Below are positions 1 through 11,943 of a stretch of 64,000 nucleotides of DNA, piece by piece (position 1 is the stretch's first letter; each line of letters starts with the position of its first letter). This DNA is from Eledone cirrhosa (lineage: Eukaryota): contig OZ024755.1 in assembly GCA_964016885.1 (NCBI GenBank), positions 43,214,001 to 43,278,000 of the forward strand. Reading direction: 5' to 3'. The notes beneath the pieces are model-generated. The model did no database searches. It saw only the letters and a program-made list of their open reading frames with translations, and had not been told where the DNA came from. Both the position numbers and the translations under genes were made by a program.

Positions 1-2800
1 GCTTAGGATAGCTTAGGATAGCTTAGCTTAGGATAGCTTAGGATAGCTTAGCTTAGGATAGCTTAGCTTAGCTTATCTTAGGATAGCTTAGCTTAGCTTA
101 GGATAGCTTAGCTTAGCTTAGCTTAGGATAGCTTACCTTAGGATAGCTTAGGATAGCCTAGCTTAGCTTAGCTTAGGATAGCTTAGCTTAGCTTAGCTTA
201 GGATAGCTTAGCTTAGCTTAGGATAGCTTAGCTTAGCTTAGCTTAGGATAGCTTAGCTTAGCTTAGCTTAGGATAGCTTAGCTTAGGTTAGCTTAGGATA
301 GCTTAGGATAGCTTAGGATAGCTTAGCTTAGCTTAGCTTAGGATAGCTTAGCTTAGCTTAGCTTAGGATAGCTTAGCTTAGGATAGCTTAGCTTAGCTTA
401 GCTTAGGATAGCTTAGCTTAGCTTAGGATAGCTTAGCTTAGCTTAGCTTAGGATAGCTTAGCTTAGGATAGCTTAGCTTAGCTTAGCTTAGGATAGATTA
501 GCTTAGCTTAGGATAGCTTAGCTTAGCTTAGCTTAGGAAAGATTAGCTTAGCTTAGGATAGCTTAGCTTAGCTTAGCTTAGGAGAGCTTAGCTTAGCTTA
601 GGATAGCTTAGCTTAGCTTAGCTTAGGATAGCTTAGCTTAGCTTAGCTTAGGTAGCTTAGCTTAGCTTAGCTTAGGATAGCTTAGCTTAGCTTAGCTTAG
701 CTTAGGATAGCTTAGCTTAGCTTAGCTTAGGATAGCTTAGCTTAGCTTAGCTTAGGATAGCTTAGGATAGCTTAGCTTAGGATAGCTTAGGATAGCTTAC
801 CTTAGGAGAGCTTAGCTTAGGATAGCTTAGCTTAGGATAGCTAAGGATAGCTTAGCTTAGGATAGCTTAGCTTAGGATAGCTTAGCTTAGGATAGCTTAG
901 GATAGCTTAGCTTAGCTTAGCTTAGGATAGCTTAGCTTAGCTTAGCTTAGGATAGCTTAGCTTAGGTTAGCTTAGCTTAGCTTAGCTTAGGATAGCTTAG
1001 CTTAGGTTAGCTTAGCTTAGGATAGCTTAGGATAGCTTAGCTTAGGATAGCTTAGGATAGCTTAGCTTAGGATAGCTTAGCTTAGGATAGCTTAGGATAG
1101 CTTAGCTTAGGATAGCTTAGAATAGCTTAGCTTAGGATAGCTTAGCTTAGGATAGCTTAGGATAGCTTAGCTTAGCTTAGCTTAGGATAGCTTAGCTTAG
1201 CTTAGCTTAGGATAGCTTAGCTTAGCTTAGCTTAGGATAGCTTAGCTTAGCTTAGCTTAGGATAGCTTAGCTTAGCTTAGGATAGCTTAGCATAGCTTAG
1301 CTTAGGATAGCTTAGCTTAGCTTAGCTTAGGATAGCTTAGCTTAGCTTAGCTTAGGATAGCTTAGCTTAGCTTAGGATAGCTTAGCTTAGCTTAGCTTAG
1401 GATAGCTTAGCTTAGCTTAGGATAGCTTAGCTTAGCTTAGGATAGCTTAGCTTAGGATAGCTTAGCTTAGGATAGCTTAGCTTAGGTTAGCTTAGCTTAG
1501 CTTAGCTTAGGATAGCTTAGGATAGCTTAGCTTAGGATAGCTTAGCTTAGCTTAGCTTAGGTAGCTTAGCTTAGGATAGCTTAGCTTAGCTTAGCTTAGG
1601 ATAGCTTAGCTTAGGATAGCTTAGGATAGCTTAGCTTAGCTTAGCTTAGGATAGCTTAGCTTAGCTTAGCTTAGGATAGCTTAGCTTAGCTTAGGATAGC
1701 TTAGCTTAGCTTAGCTTAGGATAGCTTAGCTTAGCTTAGCTTAGGATAGCTTAGCTTAGCTTAGCTTAGGATAGCTTAGGATAGCTTAGCTTAGCTTAGC
1801 TTAGGATAGCTTAGCTTAGCTTAGCTTAGGATAGATTAGCTTAGCTTAGCTTAGGATAGCTTAGCTTAGCTTAGCTTAGGTAGCTTAGCTTAGCTTAGCT
1901 TAGGATAGCTTAGCTTAGCTTAGCTTAGGATAGCTTAGGATAGCTTAGCTTAGGATAGCTTAGGATAGCTTACCTTAGGAGAGCTTAGCTTAGGATAGCT
2001 TAGCTTAGGATAGCTTAGCTTAGGATAACTTAGCTTAGGATAGCTTAGGATAGCTTAGCTTAGCTTAGCTTAGGATAGCTTAGCTTAGCTTAGCTTAGGA
2101 TAGCTTAGCTTAGGTTAGCTTAGCTTAGCTTAGCTTAGGATAGCTTAGGATAGCTTAGCTTAGGATAGCTTAGCTTAGGATAGCTTAGGATAGCTTAGCT
2201 TAGGATAGCTTAGCTTAGGATAGCTTAGGATTGCTTAGCTTAGGATAGCTTAGGATAGCTTAGCTTAGGATAGCTTAGCTTAGGATAGCTTAGGATAGCT
2301 TAGCTTAGCTTAGCTTAGGATAGCTTAGCTTAGCTTAGCTTAGGATAGCTTAGCTTAGCTTAGCTTAGGATAGCTTAGCTTAGCTTAGCTTAGGATAGCT
2401 TAGGATAGCTTAGCTTATGATAGCTTAGCTTAGGATAGCTTAGGATAGCTTAGCTTAGGATAGCTTAGCTTAGGATAGCTTAGGATAGCTTAGCTTAGGA
2501 TAGCTTAGGATAGCTTAGCTTAGGATAGCTTAGCTTAGGATAGCTTAGCTTAGGATAGCTTAGGATAGCTTAGCTTAGCTTAGCTTAGGATAGCTTAGCT
2601 TAGCTTAGCTTAGGATAGCTTAGCTTAGCTTAGCTTAGGATAGCTTAGCTTAGCTTAGCTTAGGATAGCTTAGGATAGCTTAGCTTAGGATAGCTTAGGA
2701 TAGCTTAGCTTAGGTTAGCTTAGGATAGCTTAGCTTAGGATAGATTAGCTTAGGATAGCTTAGCTTAGGATAGCTTAGGATAGCTTAGCTTAGCTTAGCT
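1..2800. repeat. Pentamer satellite of interspersed TAGCT and TAGGA units
   Basis: Continuous gctta/ggata 5-mers with rare variants (ggtta, ggaga, ttacc) and three 1-nt slips near 651, 1561 and 1880; runs off the window start. Confidence 0.98.
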
Positions 2801-3195
2801 TGGCTTGGCTTGCCTTGGCTTGGCTTGGCTTGGCTTGGCTTGGCTTGGCTTGACTTGGCTTGGCTTGGCTTGGCTTGGCTTGGCTTGGCTTGGCTTGGCT
2901 TAGTTCCGTTCCGTTCCGTTTCGTTTCGTTTCGTTTCGTTTCGTTTCGTTTCGTTTCGTTTCGTTTCGTTTCGTTTCGTTTCGTTTCGTTTCGTTTCGTT
3001 CCGTTCCGTTCCGTTCCGTTTCGGTTCGGTTCGGTTCGGTTCGGTTCGTTTCGGTTCGTTTCGGTTCGTTTCGGTTCGGTTCGGTTCGGTTCGAGCCGAG
3101 CCGAGCCGAGCCGAGCCGAGCCGGGTCGAGCCGAGCCGAGTCGATTCAATCCAATCCAAATCAATTCAATTCAAAATAAAATGAATTAACATAAT
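2801..3195. repeat. Serial pentamer microsatellite blocks (TGGCT, CCGTT, TCGTT, TCGGT, CCGAG, TCAAT)
   Basis: Directly visible blocks in one 5-nt register; the ORFs here are repeat translations. Confidence 0.95.
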
Positions 3196-3592
3196 TAATT
3201 AATTATGAAAGTAATTAATAAAAAAGTAAAAATAAATAAAATAAAAAAATATATAATTTAATTTAATTTAATTTAATTTAATTTAATTTAATTTAATCTA
3301 ATTTAATTGAAATAAAATGAATTATATTAAATTAAATTAAATTGAAATAAAATGAATTAACATAATTAATTAATTATGAAAGTAATTAATAAAAAAGTAA
3401 AAATAAATAAAATAAAAAAATATATAATTTAATTTAATTTATATTTAATTTAATTTAATTTAATTTAATTTAATCAAATTTAATTTAATTTAATTTAATT
3501 TAATTTAATCAAATTTAATTTAATTTAATTTAATTTAATTTAATTCATTTTATTTCAATTAAATTAAATTAAATTAAATTAAATTAAATTAT
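3174..3592. repeat. AT-rich (AATTT)n region with a ~171-bp tandem duplication
   Basis: aaataaaatgaattaacataattaattaattatgaaag occurs at ~3174 and ~3345. Confidence 0.85.
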
Positions 3593-3789
3593 ACAGTATA
3601 TGTCAATTAATTTGTAGTTGATATAAGATGCTCGGATCTATTCATTGGAATCTTGGAGCATATTCTACAGTGGATATGGCGCATGTCTCTCTGACATGAC
3701 ACCCTTAATTTAATTTAATTTTGGATATATATATACGGCCCCTTAATTGTTGTGCTACATATACATACATGTATATACATATATATATA

Positions 3790-4064
3790 TATCTTTTAAA
3801 TACAAACTTAAAAGAACTAACACGGCTCTCTCAGAACTCATATGGTCCTTGAAAGACAAAAACATTAAATATACCATCTTTTGGAAGAAGGTTTCTTCTG
3901 CGTCCTCATACTTCAACAGCTCTCTATCTAAAATCTGTAATCTCTGCCTAAATGAAAAATTTACCATTATCTCTAATCTAGATTCTATAATAAATAGACG
4001 TACAGCTTTGTTTTCTATCTGCCTGCATAAATTCCATAGGACTTTTCACAAAGTATACAGCTAA
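3790..4064 (+). mobile_element. Penelope-like element (Naiad type), GIY-YIG endonuclease C-terminal fragment
   Basis: TALSELIWSLKDKNIKYTIFWK...CNLCLNEK...INRRTALFSICLHK matches the PLE endonuclease C-terminus and the homologous text at ~29960-30187. Confidence 0.85.
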
Positions 4065-5360
4065 TATTCAATTCTTTATCAATTTAAAATCTTTTCTCAA
4101 AGGCACATATACATACACCTCTTTAAATTATACCCATCTTCCTACCTTACTTCAAAGGGCATTATACACTCTATAATACTTGTTTACTCATTATCCTATT
4201 TCTATCTTCACCTTGTAAAATCCTTCATAACATATACATTTGTTTTTTTGACGTTAGAATATTCATCCGCAATTATTATTTTTTTCTCTCCATCATCAAA
4301 CTTTTTAATCTCAATACATTAACTCCCTCTCCTTCTTTTGACGCTAGAATATTCATTCTTAATACATATTAACTCTTTCTTCGCACATATTATCAATTCC
4401 TTCAATATACAAACCTTAACTTCACATTATTTTTCTCAAATCATCTAATACACAAACCTTAATAATTTTTTAATACATATTAACTCTTTCTTCGCACATA
4501 TTATCAATTCCTTCAATATACAAACTTTAATTTCACATTATTTTTCTCAAATCCTTCAACACGCAAACCTTAATAATTTTTTCTCTTCATTAATTTTGAA
4601 ATTGCCATAATACATAAACATACACCTTTTTGACGTTAGAATATTCATCCGCAATTATTATTTTTTCTCTCTATCTTCAAACTTTTTAATCTCAATTTTT
4701 AATCTCAATACATATCAACTCCCTCTCTTTCCTCGTACATATTTTTTCCCTTCGTTAATTTTCAAATTCTTTTAATTTATACATTATCTTCCAACGGTTT
4801 TCAACCTCTCTATGTAAAACAATATATCTTCTCTCAGTTATAAAAACTATCTCTTTCTCTCTATCACCCATCTCTCCCTCTCCACCTTCACTCTCATCTC
4901 CTCCCCTTTTTTCATCCTCTCCACCCCCCTCTCTAAATAAAATTTTTTTTTTTTCCTCGTACATATTTTTCCCTTCGTTAATTTTCAAATTCTTTTAATT
5001 TATACATTATCTTCCAACGGTTTTCAACCTCTCTATGTAAAACAATATATCTTCTCTCAGTTATAAAAACTATCTCTTTCTCTCTATCACCCATCTCTCC
5101 CTCTGCACCTTCACTCTCATCTCCTCCCCTTTTTTCATCCTTTCACCCCCCCCTCTCTAAATAAAATATTTTTCCCAATATCACATCAATCTAAAACTAC
5201 TTTTCATATGTTGATTTAAAACTGCACTATCCACAAGTGTTTTTTAGCCTTCATATCATGTTCTCCTGTTTTATCTGATGAAAACACAAATATTATTGCA
5301 TGATGATGTTTGTTTTTGCGCATAATAAAATACATGGAACTCCTTTAACCATCTTTTGAT
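4065..5360 (+). repeat. Probable 3' UTR/pseudo-LTR of the Penelope fragment, with internal duplications
   Basis: Follows the stop codon. Duplicated blocks at ~4245/~4627, ~4361/~4472 and ~4730-4950/~4952-5170. Ends in a degenerate hammerhead and (TA)n. Confidence 0.55.
5260..5340 (+). ncRNA. Degenerate type I hammerhead motif lacking GAAA
   Basis: ttttat-CTGATGA-long hairpin-tgcgca(palindrome)-TA-ataaaa; stems I and II pair but the GAAA box is missing. Confidence 0.45.
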
Positions 5361-5494
5361 CTTATATATATATATATATATAAGAGGCTTAGCTCTGTTT
5401 CTCGACCGTTATCGCGTGACTATCTCCCCCTCCGCCTTTTGGGATTCTTTCTCACGTCGTGTAGACGCGTTCTTGAAGCTAGTAAAATGAGGTA

Positions 5495-5584
5495 TCCTCT
5501 TGATAAGTCGGCAGACCTCGCAAAGACTCTATATCTTTATGATGTATTGTTTTTGTTTATGCCACGAAACTACGTAGTCGAGGA
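5495..5584 (+). ncRNA. Type I hammerhead ribozyme, U3-A8 core variant
   Basis: Stem I tcctc/gagga; core TTGATAA (5500-5506); stem II gt-ggca/tgcc-ac; GAAA (5566-5569); palindromic stem III ctacgtag; GTC cleavage triplet ending 5579. Confidence 0.8.
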
Positions 5585-5653
5585 ATCTAGGAGCAGTTTA
5601 GGTATGATACATTTTATTACTAATTATATCTAAATGTTTCTTCTCTCTTCATA

Positions 5654-5694
<41 letters not shown>

Positions 5695-5864
5695 CATATG
5701 TATACATATATGCACATACATATATACCATACATATATACATATACATACCTATACATATATACATACATATACATAGATGATAGCTGCCCCCTCGTTAT
5801 CGAATATGGCCATTGCACAATATAACATTATTAATAATTATTAACTAATTCTATCGTCAATGCC

Positions 5865-6280
5865 TGTGAGTGAAGATATTTTTTAAAGTGAGGAAAGACT
5901 GTGCACAGAGCCAATCCCACTCTCTGAGTGACAGTAGCTATAACCCGAAAAGAAGAGAAGATCAACATCATCGGTAACTACTGAGCATCAGGTTTTATAT
6001 CGGAGTTATCCCAGTTTCCTGAGTTGCCTTCTCCTAGAAGAATGCCCTGACAAAGGCTATGGGTCCTTCACTCCCAGTGGTTTACATGTGTATATACATA
6101 TTTACACACTTTTGGATGGCCATCGACTCTCATGAGTTCTTTCACCCTTTGTCAGGTTTTGTTTTTTGTCCTGCAGGGTGTCCAAAATCACCCTCCTCAC
6201 CGGTTTAGTCGCCGACGACTCGACCATGCGACAGGTTGTACTGGGTTACATGTAACCAGTAGCACTCAAGAGTGACCCAA
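5865..6280 (-). mobile_element. Diverged copy of repeat family C (non-coding, RTE 5'UTR-like)
   Basis: Reverse complement of the repeat at 15925-16300 (tactgg..cccagtacaacctgtc..ggcgactaaa..gaggagggtga..ctaggagaagg). Confidence 0.75.
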
Positions 6281-6303
6281 CATAGATATACATACATATA
6301 TAC

Positions 6304-6352
<49 letters not shown>

Positions 6353-6489
6353 CATATATACATATAAATACATATATATACGTATACATATATATATACA
6401 TATTCATATATACATACATATATTATATATACATACATACATATATACATATACATACATATATACATATACATACATACATATATATA

Positions 6490-9400
6490 CATCATCATCA
6501 TCATCATCGTTTAACGTCCATCTTCCACGCTTGCATGGGTCTGGACGGGAGTTTTCCCACTTGAGGCAAGATTGGTTGTCCTGCTCGTATAGGACTGTCT
6601 GGCGGGTTTTCTACGGCTGGATGCCCTTCCTAACACCAACCACGTTTACAGTGTGGATTGGGAAGTTTTTACCGTGTTACCTACACGACCATATTACAGC
6701 GTGGACTGTGTGTTTTTTTGTCGTGACACCTACACGTGTGGCGGGTTTTCTACGGCTGGGTGCCCTTCCCAACACCAACCACGTTTACAGTGTGTACTGG
6801 GAGGTTTTTACCGTGTTACCTACACGGCCACATTACAGCGTGGACTGGATGTTTTTTTGTCGTGACACCTACATGACCTCATTTGTTTTGGACTGGATGT
6901 TGTGGTACCAACTTCACATTTAAGGGGGCGGTGTGGATGGGGTGGGCGTAGTGGGACGGGTGTGTATTTTGGTAAGAGGTGCCTACTGACTGTAGGTTTC
7001 GCTTTGCACTTAGGCAAGGCGAGTCTTCTGTATTACTGCGTAGCGCCAAAGATCTCTGTCCAGTGACATTGTCTTGGAGAGGTGTAAGTGTGTGAGGTCG
7101 GAATTTATCAAGTCGTCCCAGGTTTTTCTGGGTCTGCCTACTCTGTGGCTACCGTCTATTTTGATCGCCCTGCACTTTTTTATACAGCTGTCGTCTTTCA
7201 TGCGCATCACGTTACCATACCAACGTAGTCTTCTTTCGAGTAAACAGCATTTGATCCCTTTTATTCCTAATTTCTCACTTAGTTCATTTATGCTTTGCCG
7301 TTCACATATTTTACTATTACACATCCAATGGAGCATGCAAGCTTCGTTCCTCTCCAGTCTGCTCAGATCCTCTGCACACAATGCCCAAGTCTCACTGCCA
7401 TGCAACATTGCTGTTCGTATGCAGGCATCATACAGCCTGCCTTTCATTTTTAGAGAGAAACCTTTAGCGGCCAATAGTGGTATAAGCTCTCTGAACTTTT
7501 TCCATCCCGTTCTGACTCTAGCTACTGTACTTTCAGAGCACCCTCCACCACTGCTTAATTTGTCACCCAGGTAACGGAAGGTGTCCACTATTTCTATAGA
7601 ACCATCTGTGCAATGGAATGAGCTAGTATTCGGTGGGCACTTGCTGCTACTTATTGCACCTAAGCACTGGCCACATATATAATCTATATTCTTAGTTACC
7701 TTACCTGTGACGCCACTACATCTTTTATGCACCCGTACTTTGCATTTGGGACATAAAATGGAGTTTCTGCCTACTCCTTTCCTACACACTGAGCACGGCC
7801 AGATGGGACCAGTACCCTATTTTCATTCCTACATACTAGAACTTTAGTCTTAGACAGGTTAATTTTAGCTATAAGAGTTCCCAAATAATAAATCGGAGGG
7901 GGCTAAGACAGAGCCCTGATGAACAACTTTTACACTAAATTCTTCACTATATTCATGGAGGCACATGGCTTAGTGGTTAGAGCATTGGCCTTGCAATCGT
8001 TGTGAGTTCAATTCTCAGACCGGGTGATGTGTTGTGTCCTTGAGCAAGACATTGCTCCAGTTTACTCAGCTGTAGAAATGAGATGATAGGAAAGGGGTCC
8101 CTATCATTCCACTGCAAAGTGGTCGTGGAGGTGCCACGGCAAAAAAGCACCCAGCCCACAGTGTAAAGTGTACGTGTAGGCGCCACGGGAAAAAAGCACC
8201 CAGCACTCACTGTAAATGAGGTTGGTGTTAGAAAGAGCATCCAGCCGTAGAAATCAAGCCAGAATCAGTTCCCGTCCCACCCTTGCAAACAGGGAAAAGC
8301 GGACGTAAAATGATGATGATTTGTTGTTAATTCTAACCTTGCTGACTATTTCTGTATACATGGCTTGTATAGCTCTGACAAGCAATTCATCATCACTTAG
8401 TTTTCTAAGAGTCCACCAGATAATGGAGCGGGGGACTCTGTCAAAGGCTTTCTCCAAGTCAACAAAAGCTAGGTATCGGGGTTTACTTTTAGCTAGGTAC
8501 TTCTCCTGTAGTTGTCGTACAAGGAAAAGAGCGTCTGTGGTACTTTTACCTGACACAAACCCAAACTGCATTTCGTCTAGATCAATTCGCTCTCTTATTA
8601 ATTACGCTATAACTCTTTCTGTGACCTTCATGACCTGGTCAATTAATTTAATGCCTCTATAGTTTCCCCTATATAGGGCATCTCCTTTACCCTTGTAGCA
8701 TTCTGTATGACATGGTTTACTATCCGGGTGACCATAGTGTGTCCCACCGATCCAGATGCTTTCAACATTTCAGCAACTATCTCTGAAGGCCCAGCTGCTT
8801 TGCCTGTCTCCATATCTTTGATTGCCTTACTTATTATACAACCTTCAACTTGCACTGCTAGTTCCTCTATTGGATCGATTTGGGGCAGACTATCTTTTTC
8901 CCATTTATTCTCCTCATTTAGTAGCCTCTCGTAATGACACTTCCAAGCTACCTTCTTATCTGTATTAGTGATGACAAGTATACCATCATCATTACGGGCA
9001 CACTTGTCCCCGACAATATCACGGTTTTCCTTGACACATTGCCTAGCAATCCTGAACACCTCACCTTTTTGGTCCTCGCGTTGTAGAACATGCTTGAACT
9101 TTATTTCCTCTGCTTCCCTTCTTGCAAAGTACACTTGTCGCCTAGCTTCCCTCCTGGCCACTTGATAGTCTTCTCTACTTCCCCCATCCCGCCATACTTT
9201 CCAAGCTCTCTTTTTGGCCTTGATTGACTCTTCCACCTTACTGTTCCACCATCATGTTACTCTCCTCCTGCCTATAGGTCTGCTCCAGCCACAGATTTCA
9301 TCTGTCGCCTTCAGCAGGTTAGCTTTCAGGAATTCCCACTGTTCCTCTATACTGTACGTCTCTAATTGCTCTTCTTTACTGTCAAAAGCATCAAGTAATA

Positions 9401-9700
9401 TGCTTTTAAATTTGTTACTGGCTGTGGGGTCCTTTAACTTTCATATTCTTCTTCTCAGGGTAGTCCTCCTCTGTTGTCGAATACGTCTCGTCCTGACTAT
9501 GAGGTCACTAACTATGAGCTATGTTAGGAGGTGAATTCTTCATGGGGGAGGGAAATAGTGTTTACAACAGACACTTTGTCACATCTTCTGGTAAGGATAT
9601 AATCTATCTGACTGGCGTGTTTCCCCTGATCTATAGGTGATCAAGTGATTGTCTGGTTTTTTAAAGTTTGTGTTACAGATAGTTAGATTATTAGAGTTAC
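6490..9700 (-). mobile_element. Decayed RTE-type LINE (endonuclease remnant, RT, Cys-rich finger, 3' UTR, (ATG)n tail)
   Basis: Motifs ICNTNFKK, GKAAGPSEI, QFGFVSGKSTTDALF, FVDLEKAFDRVP, HQGS, FRYLG, MLHGSETW, RRLRWYG; frameshifts; YADD region deleted; interrupted by a SINE. Confidence 0.92.
7956..8320 (+). mobile_element. tRNA-derived CORE-type SINE inserted in the LINE RT
   Basis: A box tggcttagtgg, B box gagttcaattc, CORE-like gtgtccttgagcaagac..ccagtttactcagctgtagaaatg, (ATG)n tail; the LINE reading (RINN|EYSEEF) continues across it. Confidence 0.9.
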
Positions 9701-9878
9701 AGATGATGATGATGTATGTATGTGTATATGTATGTATGTGTATGTATGTATATATATGTATGTACGTGTATGTATATATGTATATGTATATGTGTATATG
9801 TATATATGTGTATATGTGTGTATGTGTGTATATGTGTATATGTATGTATGTATGTATGTGTATATGTATGTATATGTG

Positions 9879-9910
<32 letters not shown>

Positions 9911-9995
9911 TGTATGTATGTATGTATGTATGTATGTATGTATGTATGTATGTATGTGTGTGTATGTATGTATGCATGTATGTATGTATGTATAT
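9701..9995. repeat. (TATG)n/(TA)n microsatellite
   Basis: Direct observation; similar tracts at ~5660, 6290, 14340, 15055 and 15820. Confidence 0.95.
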
Positions 9996-10290
9996 GTCAC
10001 CAGTTGTTGCTACTGGTAACATGTATCCCAGTACAACCTGTCTCATGGTCAGGTCGTTGGCGACTAAACTGGCAACCCCACCTTGGTGAGGAGGGTGGCT
10101 TTGGAAATCCTGCAGGACTAAAAACAAAACCTGTCAAAGGGCAAAGGAGCTCTTAAGCGTCAATGGCCATCCAAAATCACCGGGAGAGATTACCCCTTAG
10201 CCTTTGTCGCGGCAGAATTCTAGGAGAAGGAAAACTCTGATATAACACCTGCAACCCTGATGGTATCCAATGATGTTGACTTGTTCTTCT
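9995..10290 (+). mobile_element. Repeat family C copy (3'-truncated)
   Basis: Near-identical to 15927-16220. Confidence 0.85.
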
Positions 10291-10780
10291 AGACAACCAT
10301 AGCCTGCGCATCGGCGTTTCCCTGAGGCTCGGCCTCACACCAATGTCGCTGCGGTTCCACCATGGACTCTTTCGGCCTCCACCCGCTTTCCCGTCACCAC
10401 AGTGCCGGCCGCAATCCACGCCATGCTGCCCTCAACGAGGTCATTAAGCATGGCTTGGACGCTGCAGGCTTCCCTTCCCAGCTGGTGAAGTCTGCGACTG
10501 GCCCAGGTTCTGCTGCACGTCAGCCTGAGGGGGCCAAACTCCTCAAATATCGGTCGCTCTTCGACAGGTTTGCGGTCGTACCCCTGGAAGTGGAGACTTC
10601 TGGTGTCCTCTGCCCCAGGGTTACCCCCTTACTCACCACCATAGGGGCTGAGCTGGCCAGCCGCAGGTGTGAGCCCCGCGAGTTGGAGTGGCTTTTCCAA
10701 AGCGCGTCTCCCTTGCCTTGCTCCGGGGAAACGCCTTCTCCATTCTGTCCGCCGGGGCTGTGGGTGGGCCCCATCGCGTA
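10288..10780 (+). mobile_element. CRE-clade non-LTR retrotransposon, C-terminal restriction-like endonuclease fragment
   Basis: LRIGVSLRLG, RHAALNEVIK, KLLKY, VPLEVETSG, WLFQR..LLRGNA; GC-rich island. Confidence 0.75.
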
Positions 10781-11857
10781 CTGTTGTAGTTGTTGTAGAA
10801 GAAACAGGGAGAAAACAACTGGAATATATACAAAACAACTAAATCTCTTAAATAACTTCACTTATATCCAAAATATGATTTGTATATACATCAACAGTGA
10901 CTCATTATTATACGCCAGTCACAACCCCACTGCAAAAACGATATCTATATAACAACCCCACCGTAAAACTACTTTTCCCCACTTTACAAACACTTTATAT
11001 TATTTGTCAGTAAGGTTTCTTAAAATAAATATATATACATATGTGTAGTAATTAGTATGAGAGAAGGGACGAGTGTGTCTTGATGGAGGGCACGTGAGAC
11101 CAGCAAAGTCCTAAAAGTAGAGACCAGTAAATGAGATAAGGTCCTAGCTATGTTAAGAATATAAATAAGAAACATGTTCTATACATTTAAGAAGACAAGA
11201 GAAACATGTTCTATACATTTAAGAAATAATTATTTACCTCTTTCATGTAGGTAATATAGCGGTGTTATAAAACTAATTATACGACCGGTGTTAAAATAGA
11301 GAGAGATAGACAGATAAATGTGTGTCACACTCTCACCCTCTCTTTAAATCTTTTACACTATCTAACTCGTCCTTCTCCCCCTCTCTTTACATCTTTTACT
11401 CTATCTCCCTCTTATCTCTCCCCCTCTCTTTACATCTATTACTACATCTCCCCCTCTCTTTACATCTATCACTCTATCTACCTCTTATTTCTATCTGTGT
11501 ATGTATCTGTCTATGTGTAACTAGGTGTACTGGAGCAATATGAAGTGAAGTGTCTTGCTCAAGAACACATTTTGCGGAGTTATATCATCGTTTCTTGTTA
11601 TAAAGCTACTTATACGACCGGTATATGTGAAAGATGTAAAAATAAAAGGCTGTAACAGCGATATAAATATAGATGAAATAGTTTACCACGAGACCAAGAA
11701 TGAATGTTTAATGGAATTAAGTGTAATCTAATAGGAAATAAGACGCTAGAGCAGCGAAATGTTTACGTCAAATAAAAACAACAAACAAGATGGCGACATG
11801 GAAATTTTTGTTTTTTTTTATCGATATAAGCGTTATTTTATATCGATTTGCCTTGCT

Positions 11858-11943
11858 GCCCGCGTTGCTCAGTCAGTAGCAGCCCTGCTTACGAACCTCA
11901 GGGGCCAACGACTTTACATGGTTCGAATCTCACCCTCTCCGCA
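11858..11943 (+). pseudogene. tRNA-like sequence or SINE head with a long variable region
   Basis: A-box-like ttgctcagtcagtag and B box ggttcgaatc; the acceptor stem does not pair. Confidence 0.45.

Noticed and set aside
1-2800. Telomeric repeat (contains TTAGG)
   Set aside because: TTAGG arises only at unit junctions; there is no tandem (TTAGG)n or (TTAGGG)n
2785-3189. Four overlapping ORFs
   Set aside because: Translations of stop-free pentamer repeats
11858-11943. Functional tRNA (Ser/Sec-like)
   Set aside because: Acceptor and anticodon stems do not form a proper cloverleaf
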